Shown here: positions 27,004-35,549 of the stretch, one piece after another
Position numbering within the stretch: the stretch's first letter is position 1
How the letters are laid out: each line of letters begins with the position of its first letter
Source: an uncultured virus (IMG/VR IMGVR_UViG_3300045119_000323)
Lineage: Duplodnaviria > Heunggongvirae > Uroviricota > Caudoviricetes
IMG/VR virus record: IMGVR_UViG_3300045119_000323
Reading direction: 5' to 3' (one strand)
Length of the DNA stretch: 64,000 bases
Translations under genes and position numbers: made by a program
Notes under the pieces: generated by a model
What the model saw: the letters and a program-made list of their open reading frames with translations, nothing else
The model's database searches: none
What the model was told of the DNA's origin: nothing

Positions 27004-27690
27004 CTAGGAATCGAGCGGCATCTCGCGGTGCGGGTAGCCGCCGCGCAGCCACGCGATGTACTGGGTCAGGGTCATGCCCATGCCGGCGAGGTGGCTGTCC
27101 TGCACATAGAACGCGCCACGATGGCCACTCAGCCGGATTTTCCAGCCATCGATCTCCTCATCGCGCTCGGACGTTTCCCACGATTGGCCCGCGCCCGCTC
27201 GGTCCCCTCGAACGGAGAAATGGGTCTGTAGTTTGGATCGTAGGCCTTCTGGACCGTCAGGCGGTCCCTTGTCCCCAGCGTGTCCCATAGCTTGATCTCC
27301 TTGGCGGTGTACTGCTGCAGCTCGCGAAAGCTCAACTCGATCTGACCGCGCACGCCATTGCGCGTAACCTCCACCGCGACGCCAGAGGGCAGGTCGAGGG
27401 CATCCGGCCGGACCGGCTCCGAAGACTGCTCGGTATTCTTCTCCTCGCTCATTGTAGACACCATCGAAATGCTCGCGTAGTGCCGGCTCGACGAGCTGCC
27501 GGAACAGCCGGTAGTCCATGAAGCCACGCGCGTAGCGCTCGGTTGACTTGTAAATCAACTGGTCGGTCGAGAAGTCGGCCGGCGTGACCGGCACGATAAG
27601 CGCCCGGCTCATCTTCATCAACGACTCGGCCTTGATGATCGCCGGAGCCGCGAACAGGCCGAACAGCGCTCCGCGCCGGCTAATCTCCAT
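27004..27690 (-). CDS. Protein with a twin-arginine-like N-terminus and permuted capsid-derived segments
   Basis: MEISRRGALFGLFAAPAII, followed by segments that align to the C- then N-terminus of the capsid protein. Confidence 0.6.
   Translation of the reverse strand: MEISRRGALFGLFAAPAIIKAESLMKMSRALIVPVTPADFSTDQLIYKSTERYARGFMDYRLFRQLVEPALREHFDGVYNERGEEYRAVFGAGPAGCPRPALWRRGGGYAQWRARSDRVELSRAAAVHRQGDQAMGHAGDKGPPDGPEGLRSKLQTHFSVRGDRAGAGQSWETSERDEEIDGWKIRLSGHRGAFYVQDSHLAGMGMTLTQYIAWLRGGYPHREMPLDS
27129..27452 (-). CDS. Hypothetical protein nested in another frame of the 27004-27690 ORF, about 107 aa
   Basis: MSEEKNTEQSS... with normal codon use. Confidence 0.45.
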   Translation of the reverse strand: MSEEKNTEQSSEPVRPDALDLPSGVAVEVTRNGVRGQIELSFRELQQYTAKEIKLWDTLGTRDRLTVQKAYDPNYRPISPFEGTERARANRGKRPSAMRRSMAGKSG

Positions 27691-28120
27691 GGCTGGGCTG
27701 GTCCCACGCCTTGGCGGCATAGGCCGCCTTCAGCTCGTTCAGCGCCACGTCGGTCGTGCCCTCGATGGCGTGGCAGCGGTAGCGCACGCGCACGAGATTG
27801 GGCCACGACCGGTTGGTCTCGAAGTCACCGGGGCGATCATAGACCTGCGGCAGCGTGCGCCACACCAGCGTGCAGGATTTGGCATCGGGCGGCATCGACT
27901 GGGTCGTCAGCAGCTTGAGCGCCGCCATCATCGACTCGTGGGGCTCGCTCGCGTCGAGATCGCAGAGATGCTCTTCGTAAGGGATACCGAACTCGCTGAT
28001 GTAGCGTGGCGCACCGACCTCGACCCGGCCGAAGCACGACTCGATGTAGCGCGCGATCCAGTCCTCGACGGCGCTGCCGTGGATCGCGACGTACCTCTTG
28101 GCCGGGCTTTCTTCGCTCAT
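27680..28120 (-). CDS. Hypothetical protein, 146 aa
   Basis: ATGA-coupled start MSEESPAKRY. Confidence 0.65.
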   Translation of the reverse strand: MSEESPAKRYVAIHGSAVEDWIARYIESCFGRVEVGAPRYISEFGIPYEEHLCDLDASEPHESMMAALKLLTTQSMPPDAKSCTLVWRTLPQVYDRPGDFETNRSWPNLVRVRYRCHAIEGTTDVALNELKAAYAAKAWDQPSHGD

Positions 28121-28359
28121 TCGAGTCGTTCCCTGTAGGCCTCGCCGACGGCGGCTTCGACGATCTTCTTCATCATCACGTCCTTCATCACGCCGATGAT
28201 GACGTGGCTCTTCTCGATCTCCCTGATGGCGTCGTACAGCAGCTTGCACATGTCGTCGTGCGGGTTGCCGGTCGCCCAGTTGTCGCGCGCGTAGGCCTCG
28301 TCGCGCAGCTTGGCGTGGCGGTCGCGCTCGGCTTTCAGCTTCTCGACGATGGCGCTCAC
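28117..28359 (-). CDS. Hypothetical protein, 80 aa
   Basis: GTGA-coupled; good codon use. Confidence 0.65.
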   Translation of the reverse strand: MSAIVEKLKAERDRHAKLRDEAYARDNWATGNPHDDMCKLLYDAIREIEKSHVIIGVMKDVMMKKIVEAAVGEAYRERLE

Positions 28360-28547
28360 AGCTTCTCCAGTTCGTCCTCGAACACCCGGATGCTATGCTG
28401 CCGGTTGTCGGCGTAGTAGATCACGTTGTACTCGACCGTGCGGAGCTGGCCGTAGAAATGCACGTCGGAGACGCGGGCGCTTATGTTCTCCATGACCAGC
28501 AACCGCACCCTGTCGCCGTAATCGAACTTCGGAACCGGCCACGTCAT
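28356..28547 (-). CDS. Small SH3/KOW-like protein, 63 aa
   Basis: KFDYGDRV...EDEL pattern. Confidence 0.6.
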   Translation of the reverse strand: MTWPVPKFDYGDRVRLLVMENISARVSDVHFYGQLRTVEYNVIYYADNRQHSIRVFEDELEKL

Positions 28548-28662
28548 CGCCTGATCACCGCATAAGGTTGCCCGCCGTACAGGATGTACTCCACTGCAGC
28601 CTCGCCGTAGGCCATCGCCAGAATCAGCAGGACGGCCAACAGCAGAACACGGCCAAGGTGGT

Positions 28663-28911
28663 TCACTTGGTGATGGATTTTACCGCCCACATGACAGCCT
28701 CTTCCATCTTGGTGATGGCGAGCGACAACTCGCGGCTGGTGCCCAGCACGCCACACATTTCGATGAACGACAGGCCAAGGTCTTTGATCTGTTTCATCTG
28801 CGCTTTCTCAACCTCGGTCAGCACGCGGTACTCGTGGCGCATCACGTTGTTGGTCACGCGCTGGTCGGAAGTCGACGGCACGAATTCAGGGTTGGTGTCA
28901 GGGATGGTCAT
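28663..28911 (-). CDS. Acb2/Tad1-family cyclic-nucleotide sponge (anti-CBASS/anti-Thoeris) candidate, 82 aa
   Basis: GGAGG RBS; YRVL...EKAQM..IK...RELSLAITKMEEAVMWAVK matches the Acb2/Tad1 helical hairpin signature as I recall it. Confidence 0.75.
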   Translation of the reverse strand: MTIPDTNPEFVPSTSDQRVTNNVMRHEYRVLTEVEKAQMKQIKDLGLSFIEMCGVLGTSRELSLAITKMEEAVMWAVKSITK

Positions 28912-29088
28912 GGGCCCTCCATATCGGCAGCATAAGGGCGAACCTTGTGACCTTAAAGGGCGATTGCTGTGTCAGGCTGTGGCCGAGTCGTCCGGCCTGT
29001 CCCCGCTATCCACCGGGTTATACCGGCAGCTAATTAGATGCTAGACAGCTACCGACTGCGCCAACGACTCGGGACCACGATGCCCGCC

Positions 29089-29328
29089 ATGGCTGACAAG
29101 CCACCGTTCGACGCGGCCCGCTACTGCTTCTGGCTGATCGCCTGCCTGCTTGCCGTGCAGTGCTTCGCCTTCCTGATGGGGCTCGGCTGGTGCATGTGGG
29201 TGGGAGCCGCCATTGTCGAAGGGCGTTTTACCTGCGAACGACTCGGGTCGCAGCTCACCGAACTACTCACCATGGGGCTCGCCGCCGCCCTCGCCTTTGC
29301 CGGCGGCCTGACAGGGAAGGATAAGTGA
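29089..29328 (+). CDS. Two-TM membrane protein, holin/antiholin candidate
   Basis: Two hydrophobic stretches; upstream of the endolysin. Confidence 0.5.
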   Translation: MADKPPFDAARYCFWLIACLLAVQCFAFLMGLGWCMWVGAAIVEGRFTCERLGSQLTELLTMGLAAALAFAGGLTGKDK

Positions 29329-29329
29329 C

Positions 29330-29479
29330 ATGCTGCTCATGGTCCTGTTTTGGGTGATCCTCGTGATCACCGCACTCGGTGGCTTCTGGTACTGGCGCGT
29401 TCAGCCTTGGCTGCCCGGCTACGGCGTCGTGCTGCTGCTGATCGCCATGCTCGGGTTCAAAGTCTTTCCGCCGTTGTAA
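29330..29479 (+). CDS. Small two-TM protein, holin candidate, 49 aa
   Basis: MLLMVLFWVILVITALGGFWYW...VVLLLIAMLGFKVF directly before the endolysin. Confidence 0.55.
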   Translation: MLLMVLFWVILVITALGGFWYWRVQPWLPGYGVVLLLIAMLGFKVFPPL

Positions 29480-29483
29480 GGCC

Positions 29484-29924
29484 ATGGACAATCCCGAACA
29501 CTTCGCGCTGGCGGAATTCCTCGCCAGCGATACCGCCGATTCCATCGGCGAAAGCAACTACCCGACGTGGCAGGTCACCGACAACCTGAAACGACTCGGC
29601 GAGACCATGGAGCGCGTCCGCGCGATCCTCGGCGACAATTCGGTGACGGTGCTGTCAGGTTACCGCTCGCCGCCGGTCAACGACGCAGTCGGCGGAGCCA
29701 CCAACAGCGCCCACCTGTACGGCCTCGGCTGCGACTTCGTCTGTCCAGACTACGGCACGCCGCTCGACATCTGCCGCGAGCTGGAGACCTACATGGAGGT
29801 GCTGGGGATCGACCAGCTCATCTGGGAATTCGAGGACTGGGTCCACCTCGGCCTGAGCGAGGGCGCGCCGCGCAACCAGTGCCTGACCATCGATGAACAG
29901 GGCACCCGCGAAGGCTTCGCGTAA
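29484..29924 (+). CDS. Peptidase M15A endolysin (Zn D-Ala-D-Ala peptidase fold)
   Basis: SGYRS..VN.AVGG...SAHLYGLGCD...DQLIWE..WVH. Confidence 0.9.
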   Translation: MDNPEHFALAEFLASDTADSIGESNYPTWQVTDNLKRLGETMERVRAILGDNSVTVLSGYRSPPVNDAVGGATNSAHLYGLGCDFVCPDYGTPLDICRELETYMEVLGIDQLIWEFEDWVHLGLSEGAPRNQCLTIDEQGTREGFA

Positions 29925-29994
29925 CCGCAACCAAATCGGCGTATGGTGGTTCTGACTACGTTGCAACGACTCGATCCAAAAGGAGTACTCCCCC

Positions 29995-30351
29995 ATGGTT
30001 AAGCTCGTCCACATCAACAAGGTTGGCGGCGACCTCTACGTCGTGCGCGAAGCCCACCTGCCGGTCGATCCCGGCTTCGGCGTCGGCGGCGGTCACCCCG
30101 ATCAGGGCCTGCCCGGCTCGCCGGGCCATCCGGACCACGAACTGCCGCACCTGCCGGGCATCCCCGACAACTCGCTGCCGACCCATCCGCCCGGCATGGT
30201 GATGCCCGGCATGGTCCTCGTGCTGGCCCGCACGCCCGACGGCAAGTGGCACTGGGCGTCGATCCCGGCCAATGTGCCCGTACAGCCCCTGCCGGAGCCG
30301 CCTGTGGCCCCCAGTCAGGGTTTGCCGCCGACTGCCGCCCCCAAGGCCTGA
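29995..30351 (+). CDS. Pro/Gly-rich hypothetical protein, 118 aa
   Basis: AAGGAG RBS; repeated (H)PD..LP units. Confidence 0.75.
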   Translation: MVKLVHINKVGGDLYVVREAHLPVDPGFGVGGGHPDQGLPGSPGHPDHELPHLPGIPDNSLPTHPPGMVMPGMVLVLARTPDGKWHWASIPANVPVQPLPEPPVAPSQGLPPTAAPKA

Positions 30352-30366
30352 TCGCGTCCAGCGGTC

Positions 30367-30401
30367 AAAAAAACGGCCCCAGCAGCAGTGCTGGGGCCGT
30401 T
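30367..30401 (-). terminator. Intrinsic terminator between convergent units
   Basis: 13-bp stem aacggccccagca / tgctggggccgtt with an A7 tract (U-tract on the minus strand). Confidence 0.8.
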
Positions 30402-30922
30402 GCCACGACAGGGTGGCAGCAGACAACCGGGCCGGTCTGGAAACGAAGCCCGGTCGCCCCCTCTAAGCTGGAGGGGCGGGGTGCAGCCCTTTGCGGCTCC
30501 CGAGGGACCGACCACAACAGCCGTAATCCCCGCCCCAGTCGCGGGATGCTTCACCCCGCAACATAGGCGAGGTCACCCTCGCCGAACCGGGAACGCCGCC
30601 GGGAAGGCCGGCTGCTGCAGAGGCACGGCGTAGAGCGCGTAGCTGTAGGCCGGGCTGGCCGGCGCGGAGCGGGCGTAGCCGAGCGGCCCGTCGACATAGA
30701 TGCCGGCGTAGTTGTGGCAGGCCATGATGGCCCCGACGATGCAGTGGATCATGATCTACTCCTTGGGCTCGGGGTTCTGGCGGCCCCAGATGATGGCCAC
30801 GGTGACAACGCGGCCGATGCCGGTGCGCAGATTGCCGTCGAGCAGGCTGTTGAGAATATGATCGACAGCCCACTTGTGCACATCGTCGCGGGTGTAGCTC
30901 TGTTTCTGCTTTTTGGGCTTGG

Positions 30923-31150
30923 TCATGGCTGCGCCGTGATGCCCGCCGCCTCGGCTTGGGCGATGGCAAAATAAGCGGCTCTATTGGCTGCCTCTATCTC
31001 CGGCAATGTTCGGTTGGCGTTTCCATCCACGCGCTTTTTTTCTTTCAACGCGGCCAGCATGGCGCGGGCGGCAGTTTCAAGTCCGCGCACATAGGCGACC
31101 TCGTGGTAATAAAGCTCCTTTGGCACCACAACGATCTTTAAGTCGGTCAT
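30923..31150 (-). CDS. Hypothetical protein, 75 aa
   Basis: Coupled ORF; shares the AIAQAEAAGI tail with the neighbouring gene. Confidence 0.65.
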   Translation of the reverse strand: MTDLKIVVVPKELYYHEVAYVRGLETAARAMLAALKEKKRVDGNANRTLPEIEAANRAAYFAIAQAEAAGITAQP

Positions 31151-31698
31151 TTGACTTCTCCTGTTTTAATTCCTGCCGCTTCGGCTTGGGCGATGGCGGC
31201 GCGTGCGGCTTCCCAATCTTCTGCGCGCGGCAAGTGGTATCCGTGCGTGCAAAGGGCTTTCAGCGCGGCCAACATGACGCGGGCAGCATCCAATGTGTTG
31301 ACCAACGCCTGCGCATCAACGTCAGTCCTGATGATCTTCGGATTCGTTGATGCCGGCTGTGGTCCCGGTGCGCGGCGGAGCGCGGCATGGGCTTTCACGA
31401 GAGCGCGATCCAGTTCCGAGCGGTTCCAGCCCTTGAAGCGCGGGCCGTCCATCATCGCGTCGTACATTGCAGCGCCGACGAAAGCCTCCAGCGCTTCCCG
31501 CAGTCCCACACCCTGCCTCATGTTCCACGCGGCGATGCACTCGGCCACCTTGTCGAGCGGCATAAAGACGGACGGCGCGGCCTCGCACCCACTGTACTCG
31601 CCGGGACAGAACACCATGCAGTTGCCTTCGCCATCGTCGTCGATCCAGCGAGGCTCACGGCCACAGAACGGACAGGGCTTGAGATCGGGATCAGCCAT
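31147..31698 (-). CDS. Lar-family (restriction alleviation) Zn-finger fusion protein, 183 aa
   Basis: LKPCPFCG...C...C...IAAWN.R. Confidence 0.75.
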   Translation of the reverse strand: MADPDLKPCPFCGREPRWIDDDGEGNCMVFCPGEYSGCEAAPSVFMPLDKVAECIAAWNMRQGVGLREALEAFVGAAMYDAMMDGPRFKGWNRSELDRALVKAHAALRRAPGPQPASTNPKIIRTDVDAQALVNTLDAARVMLAALKALCTHGYHLPRAEDWEAARAAIAQAEAAGIKTGEVK

Positions 31699-32048
31699 CA
31701 GTCCTGCCTCGGCGTAAAGCCGTACTGCTGCGCCTGATAGGGTGCCAACTGCGGCAGCACCTGCGTCGGCGGCGTCACCGTCTGGCCGTGCGTGATGTCG
31801 ATGCCGCCGGTCGCCGGGTTGATGGCGATGCCTGAGCCCTGCGCCACTGCATTGGGATCGCTGGTGCCCATGCCGGTGAAGACTTCGCCGTCGGGCGTCG
31901 TCGTCTGCCAGTAGCCGTTGTCGCAGGCGATGGTGATGTTGCTGCCGTTGGGCGCGTAGTGGCAACGCACCTGCTGGCTGTGCGAGTCGCTGGCGGCGAG
32001 CAGGACGCCGGCCAAGAATCCGAGAGAGATGAGGATGGGTTTGTTCAT
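31698..32048 (-). CDS. Small exported protein, 116 aa
   Basis: Signal-peptide-like N-terminus and a Cys pair. Confidence 0.65.
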   Translation of the reverse strand: MNKPILISLGFLAGVLLAASDSHSQQVRCHYAPNGSNITIACDNGYWQTTTPDGEVFTGMGTSDPNAVAQGSGIAINPATGGIDITHGQTVTPPTQVLPQLAPYQAQQYGFTPRQD

Positions 32049-32168
32049 CCAACTATCCTAGCGATAAAAGAAACCCCCGTCCATGGGTCATCTCTGGGGG
32101 AGTGACATGGACGGGGGCCGACGCGCGACTTGGGATGGTGGCTGTGGGCTGCCGCGCGCCGTGGGTTC

Positions 32169-32954
32169 CTAGATGTAGCCGCAGGATGCGCCGGGCGTGC
32201 CGGCCTTCACCTCGTGGCCGCGCGCGTCCATGCAGGCGAAGCGACCGGTCGGCTGGAAGGCCGGCGGCTGCGTCGAGGTCACGCGCTGCGGACCGAGCGG
32301 CACAGGCTGCGGAGCCGGTGCAACCGGACCAGCAGTCGCAACGCCGTCGAACTGCGCGCGCGGCGCACAAGGCGTCGGCGTGCCACGGAAGGCGTAATAG
32401 GTAGCCTTGTCATTGCACATCAGCTCCCGCGCGGCCTGCGCGTATCCGGCGTTGTGGATCATGGCGATCTTCTGGCGCGTCGCGCAATCCTCGTCGACGA
32501 ACGTGCCGCCGGCCGCAGCGCCCCAGCCAATCACGGAAACACCCCCACTCACAGCAAGGGTACATGGATTCCCGCCACTCACGGGAGGAGCGTAGACCGT
32601 CGGAGTCGTCCGCACGATGTTGTCGCTCGACGTGTAGCCGGTGTTGGAGTTGCTGTTGGTCGTGCCGCCGGTCACCCGGTCGGTGTTGTTGGCCGACGTG
32701 CTGCCCGGTGCATTGCTCGTCTGGTTCAGCGTGACGCCCGTGTTGGTCGTCGAGTTGACGCCCTGCGTGGCGTTCTGCTGCGAGCGGTTGCCGCTGGCGT
32801 TGCCGCCGACGGCGCGCGAGGACGAGCTTGAGCCCGATGATGCGCCGGACGTCGAGTCGCTGTTGGAGGTGCTGTTCTGGGTCTGCGCGTGGGCAGTCGC
32901 GGCCATCGCCACGACGGCGATGGAACTGAGAAGAGTCGTCTTGAAGGCGTTCAT
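32169..32954 (-). CDS. Exported Ser/Asn-rich protein with a Cys-containing C-terminal domain, 261 aa
   Basis: Sec signal ending AHA; low-complexity linker; C...G.S..G...G....DEDC..R...LMC motif. Confidence 0.75.
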   Translation of the reverse strand: MNAFKTTLLSSIAVVAMAATAHAQTQNSTSNSDSTSGASSGSSSSSRAVGGNASGNRSQQNATQGVNSTTNTGVTLNQTSNAPGSTSANNTDRVTGGTTNSNSNTGYTSSDNIVRTTPTVYAPPVSGGNPCTLAVSGGVSVIGWGAAAGGTFVDEDCATRQKIAMIHNAGYAQAARELMCNDKATYYAFRGTPTPCAPRAQFDGVATAGPVAPAPQPVPLGPQRVTSTQPPAFQPTGRFACMDARGHEVKAGTPGASCGYI

Positions 32955-33083
32955 GGGAGTTTCGATTCCTGACTGTGATGGTTGGTAGCAGGCCAGAACC
33001 CCCGCCACCGAGAAGGAACACTCGATGACGGGGGAACCTGCATCGACCTGACGAGTCAGGCCGACAGGCCTTGCAGATTGAGG

Positions 33084-33491
33084 CTAGGGGTTGATCTTGA
33101 AGGTGATGAACGTGCCCGAGCCGCTGCCCGTGCCGGTCGACGCACCCGCCGCAGCCGACTGGCTGTGGTTGGCGGCGAGGCCCAGCGCGAACTGCGCATT
33201 GTTGCTCGTGCTGGCCGCCTGATTGGTCTGGGCAGCCTGCGACGTGCTGGAGCCCGCACCGATGACGTTCTGGCCGGCGGCCTGACCGCTGGAGGTCGCT
33301 GCACCGCTCGTGGTGCCGGCGGTCACGCCGATCAGGGCAGCCGCGCCATTGCTGGACGAGGCCGACGCCGAGGTCGACTGGCTGTTGGCGGCGGAAGTGC
33401 CGACGCCAATCGTGAGCTGCTGCGCGCTGGCACCGAACGCCAGACCCACAACAGCAACGCCCGCGAGCAGGGCGATCTTGAGGTTCTTCAT
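33084..33491 (-). CDS. Exported Ser/Ala/Gly/Gln-rich protein, 135 aa
   Basis: GGAG RBS; Sec signal ending ASA; almost uncharged mature region. Confidence 0.75.
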   Translation of the reverse strand: MKNLKIALLAGVAVVGLAFGASAQQLTIGVGTSAANSQSTSASASSSNGAAALIGVTAGTTSGAATSSGQAAGQNVIGAGSSTSQAAQTNQAASTSNNAQFALGLAANHSQSAAAGASTGTGSGSGTFITFKINP

Positions 33492-33641
33492 GGAAACGTC
33501 TCCGATTTGTCGTTAACGAAAAACGCATGCCGGGAGACGTCAGCATATGCCTTGCCCCCATCAAGCGCGGCGGCAGTGAGCCAGCAATCCTGTCGATAGT
33601 CAACAGGCAAATCACCGGATGGTCACAGAAAGATATTGCAC

Positions 33642-35168
33642 TCAATCATAGGGGTTGCGTATCTCGCCATCCTCTCGCCGCAGCTCGTCGTAGAGCGCTT
33701 GGTTCTCGCCGAGATCGACGTCGACCATCAGCGAGTCGTCGACCATGTCGCCGTCCTTGCGCTCGGTCGTGACGCCCATGGTCAGCCAGCGGTCGGCGAA
33801 GTATCGCGTCGCCTGACTGAAGCTGTCGATGAAGTCGTCGTGCCGCGTCGTGCCCGGCCCGGCGTAGGTCGTCAGCTCTTTCACGAATGGCTCGCACCAG
33901 CTCCGGGGCTCGCCGCGCACGGCTTTGGATTCGGGCAACCAGATGCGCCCGTTGGCGGCGACGTGGCTGACCGCGTGCAGACGACTCATCTTGTCAGCCT
34001 TGCCGGGATTGTACGGCCAACTGTCGATGCCCTCGTACTGCAGCGTCTGGCGCAACGAGATGCCGGAGCCCTTGTCCTCGATGATCAGCAGGTCAGGGGT
34101 CTTGATCTGCTCGTGGTACTGGCTCGGCCCGATCAGCGGCTTGAAGATCAGGTCGACACGCCGGCCGTAGCGCGCCTTCAGTTCCTGCTTGGCACGCTTG
34201 ATCAGCTCGGGAAAGCCGATCTGCTCGTGCCAGCATTCGAGCAGCAGCATGTGCCACTTGCGCTTCTCGGGGAACACGCCCCACACCGTGCAGGCCGTGA
34301 AGTCGGGCTCGTAACTCTTCTTGTCGAACGTCGCCTCGGTCAGCGCCGTGTCGAGCGAGATGAACACGAAGTCGAACCACGGCAGCGGACGACTCGTCGG
34401 CCACAGGTTAAGCCACGAACGTTTGATGATCGCCGCCTCGCCGACCTCCAGCAGCTCGCCCAGCACCTCCTGCCGGTAGATTTGCGTGCCCTCGTACTGC
34501 GCCAGCTCGTCGAAGAACGCCTCGGCGAGGTTGGCGCGATTTTCCATCGTCGTGCCCATGACGACTCGAACGTCCTTGCGCGCCAGCATGTCCTTGAGCC
34601 AGTCGATAGGACGCGGCGTCGTGGTGTAGAGGCGCTGCGGCTGAACCCGCCGGCCGTCGGCCGTGGTGAAGAACAGGCGGGTCGACAGATCGATGTTGCT
34701 GATCACGTCCTTGGCGTTGTGGCCCCACGTCGCGATCTCGTCGCCCCATGTGAAGTGCGACTGCGGACCGCGCAGTCGATCCGGCGTCTCGGCCGAGAAC
34801 CCGCGAATGATGGTGCCGTTGACCAGCCTGATCTCGAACAGCGAGTTGTTGATCTGCGCAATCATCGGCGCGGGGATCGAGTTGATGAGCCCCGACGGGC
34901 CACCGAAAACGACTCCACGCAGATCGCCATAAGTCGGCGCGATCACATGGATCACGCAGCCGGGGTAGAGCCCCGCGCAGCGTCGCACCCAGCTTGCCCC
35001 GACCAGTGTCTTGCCGAAACCGCGACCGGCCTGCACGACGCACAGGCTCCAGCCGTCAATCGGGATGATCTGCTTGTAACGCGCGCGCTCGGCCCAGCGA
35101 TGCTCGGCCTCGATGAAGGCCATCTCGTGATCGCTGGTCGCCGCGAGTCGTTGGCGGAGGGTGCTCAC
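33642..35168 (-). CDS. terL: Terminase large subunit, 508 aa
   Basis: Walker A AGRGFGKT, LRGPQ, Walker B WGDEIA, coupling TTTP, RNase H-like SLDTA and HDDFIDS. Confidence 0.95.
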   Translation of the reverse strand: MSTLRQRLAATSDHEMAFIEAEHRWAERARYKQIIPIDGWSLCVVQAGRGFGKTLVGASWVRRCAGLYPGCVIHVIAPTYGDLRGVVFGGPSGLINSIPAPMIAQINNSLFEIRLVNGTIIRGFSAETPDRLRGPQSHFTWGDEIATWGHNAKDVISNIDLSTRLFFTTADGRRVQPQRLYTTTPRPIDWLKDMLARKDVRVVMGTTMENRANLAEAFFDELAQYEGTQIYRQEVLGELLEVGEAAIIKRSWLNLWPTSRPLPWFDFVFISLDTALTEATFDKKSYEPDFTACTVWGVFPEKRKWHMLLLECWHEQIGFPELIKRAKQELKARYGRRVDLIFKPLIGPSQYHEQIKTPDLLIIEDKGSGISLRQTLQYEGIDSWPYNPGKADKMSRLHAVSHVAANGRIWLPESKAVRGEPRSWCEPFVKELTTYAGPGTTRHDDFIDSFSQATRYFADRWLTMGVTTERKDGDMVDDSLMVDVDLGENQALYDELRREDGEIRNPYD

Positions 35169-35185
35169 TCCGCCAACGTATCACA

Positions 35186-35506
35186 TCAGTGACGACCGCC
35201 GTGCCAGTGGCCACCCGAGCCGTTGCCGTGCCACTGGCCACCATGCCACCAGCCCCAGCCGCCGTTCCAGAACACCCACGGGATCACGATGGGTGGCGGA
35301 TAGTAGGGCTGCGGCTGGTAGTAGACCGGCGGGCCCTGCGCGTACTGCGGAGCCGGCGGGTAGTAGGGCGGACCGTAGACCGGCCCCTGTTGAGCGTAGA
35401 CTTGCGCTTGGCCGTATTGCGGCTGCGCCTGAGCGTAGGCGTAGCCGCCCTGACTGTAGTAGCCGGCGTTACAGTAGACGAAAGCCACGAGCAGGCATCC
35501 AATCAT
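35186..35506 (-). CDS. Tyr/Pro/Gly-rich small protein with WHG repeats, 106 aa
   Basis: AGGAGG RBS; hydrophobic N-terminus. Confidence 0.65.
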   Translation of the reverse strand: MIGCLLVAFVYCNAGYYSQGGYAYAQAQPQYGQAQVYAQQGPVYGPPYYPPAPQYAQGPPVYYQPQPYYPPPIVIPWVFWNGGWGWWHGGQWHGNGSGGHWHGGRH

Positions 35507-35549
35507 GGCACAATCCTCCTGTACGCCTATACGGTCGAGATTGTGGCGG

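Noticed and set aside
30476..30559. tRNA gene
   Set aside because: Cloverleaf-like pairing, but no TTC T-loop, D-loop consensus or correct arm lengths; kept only as an ncRNA candidate.
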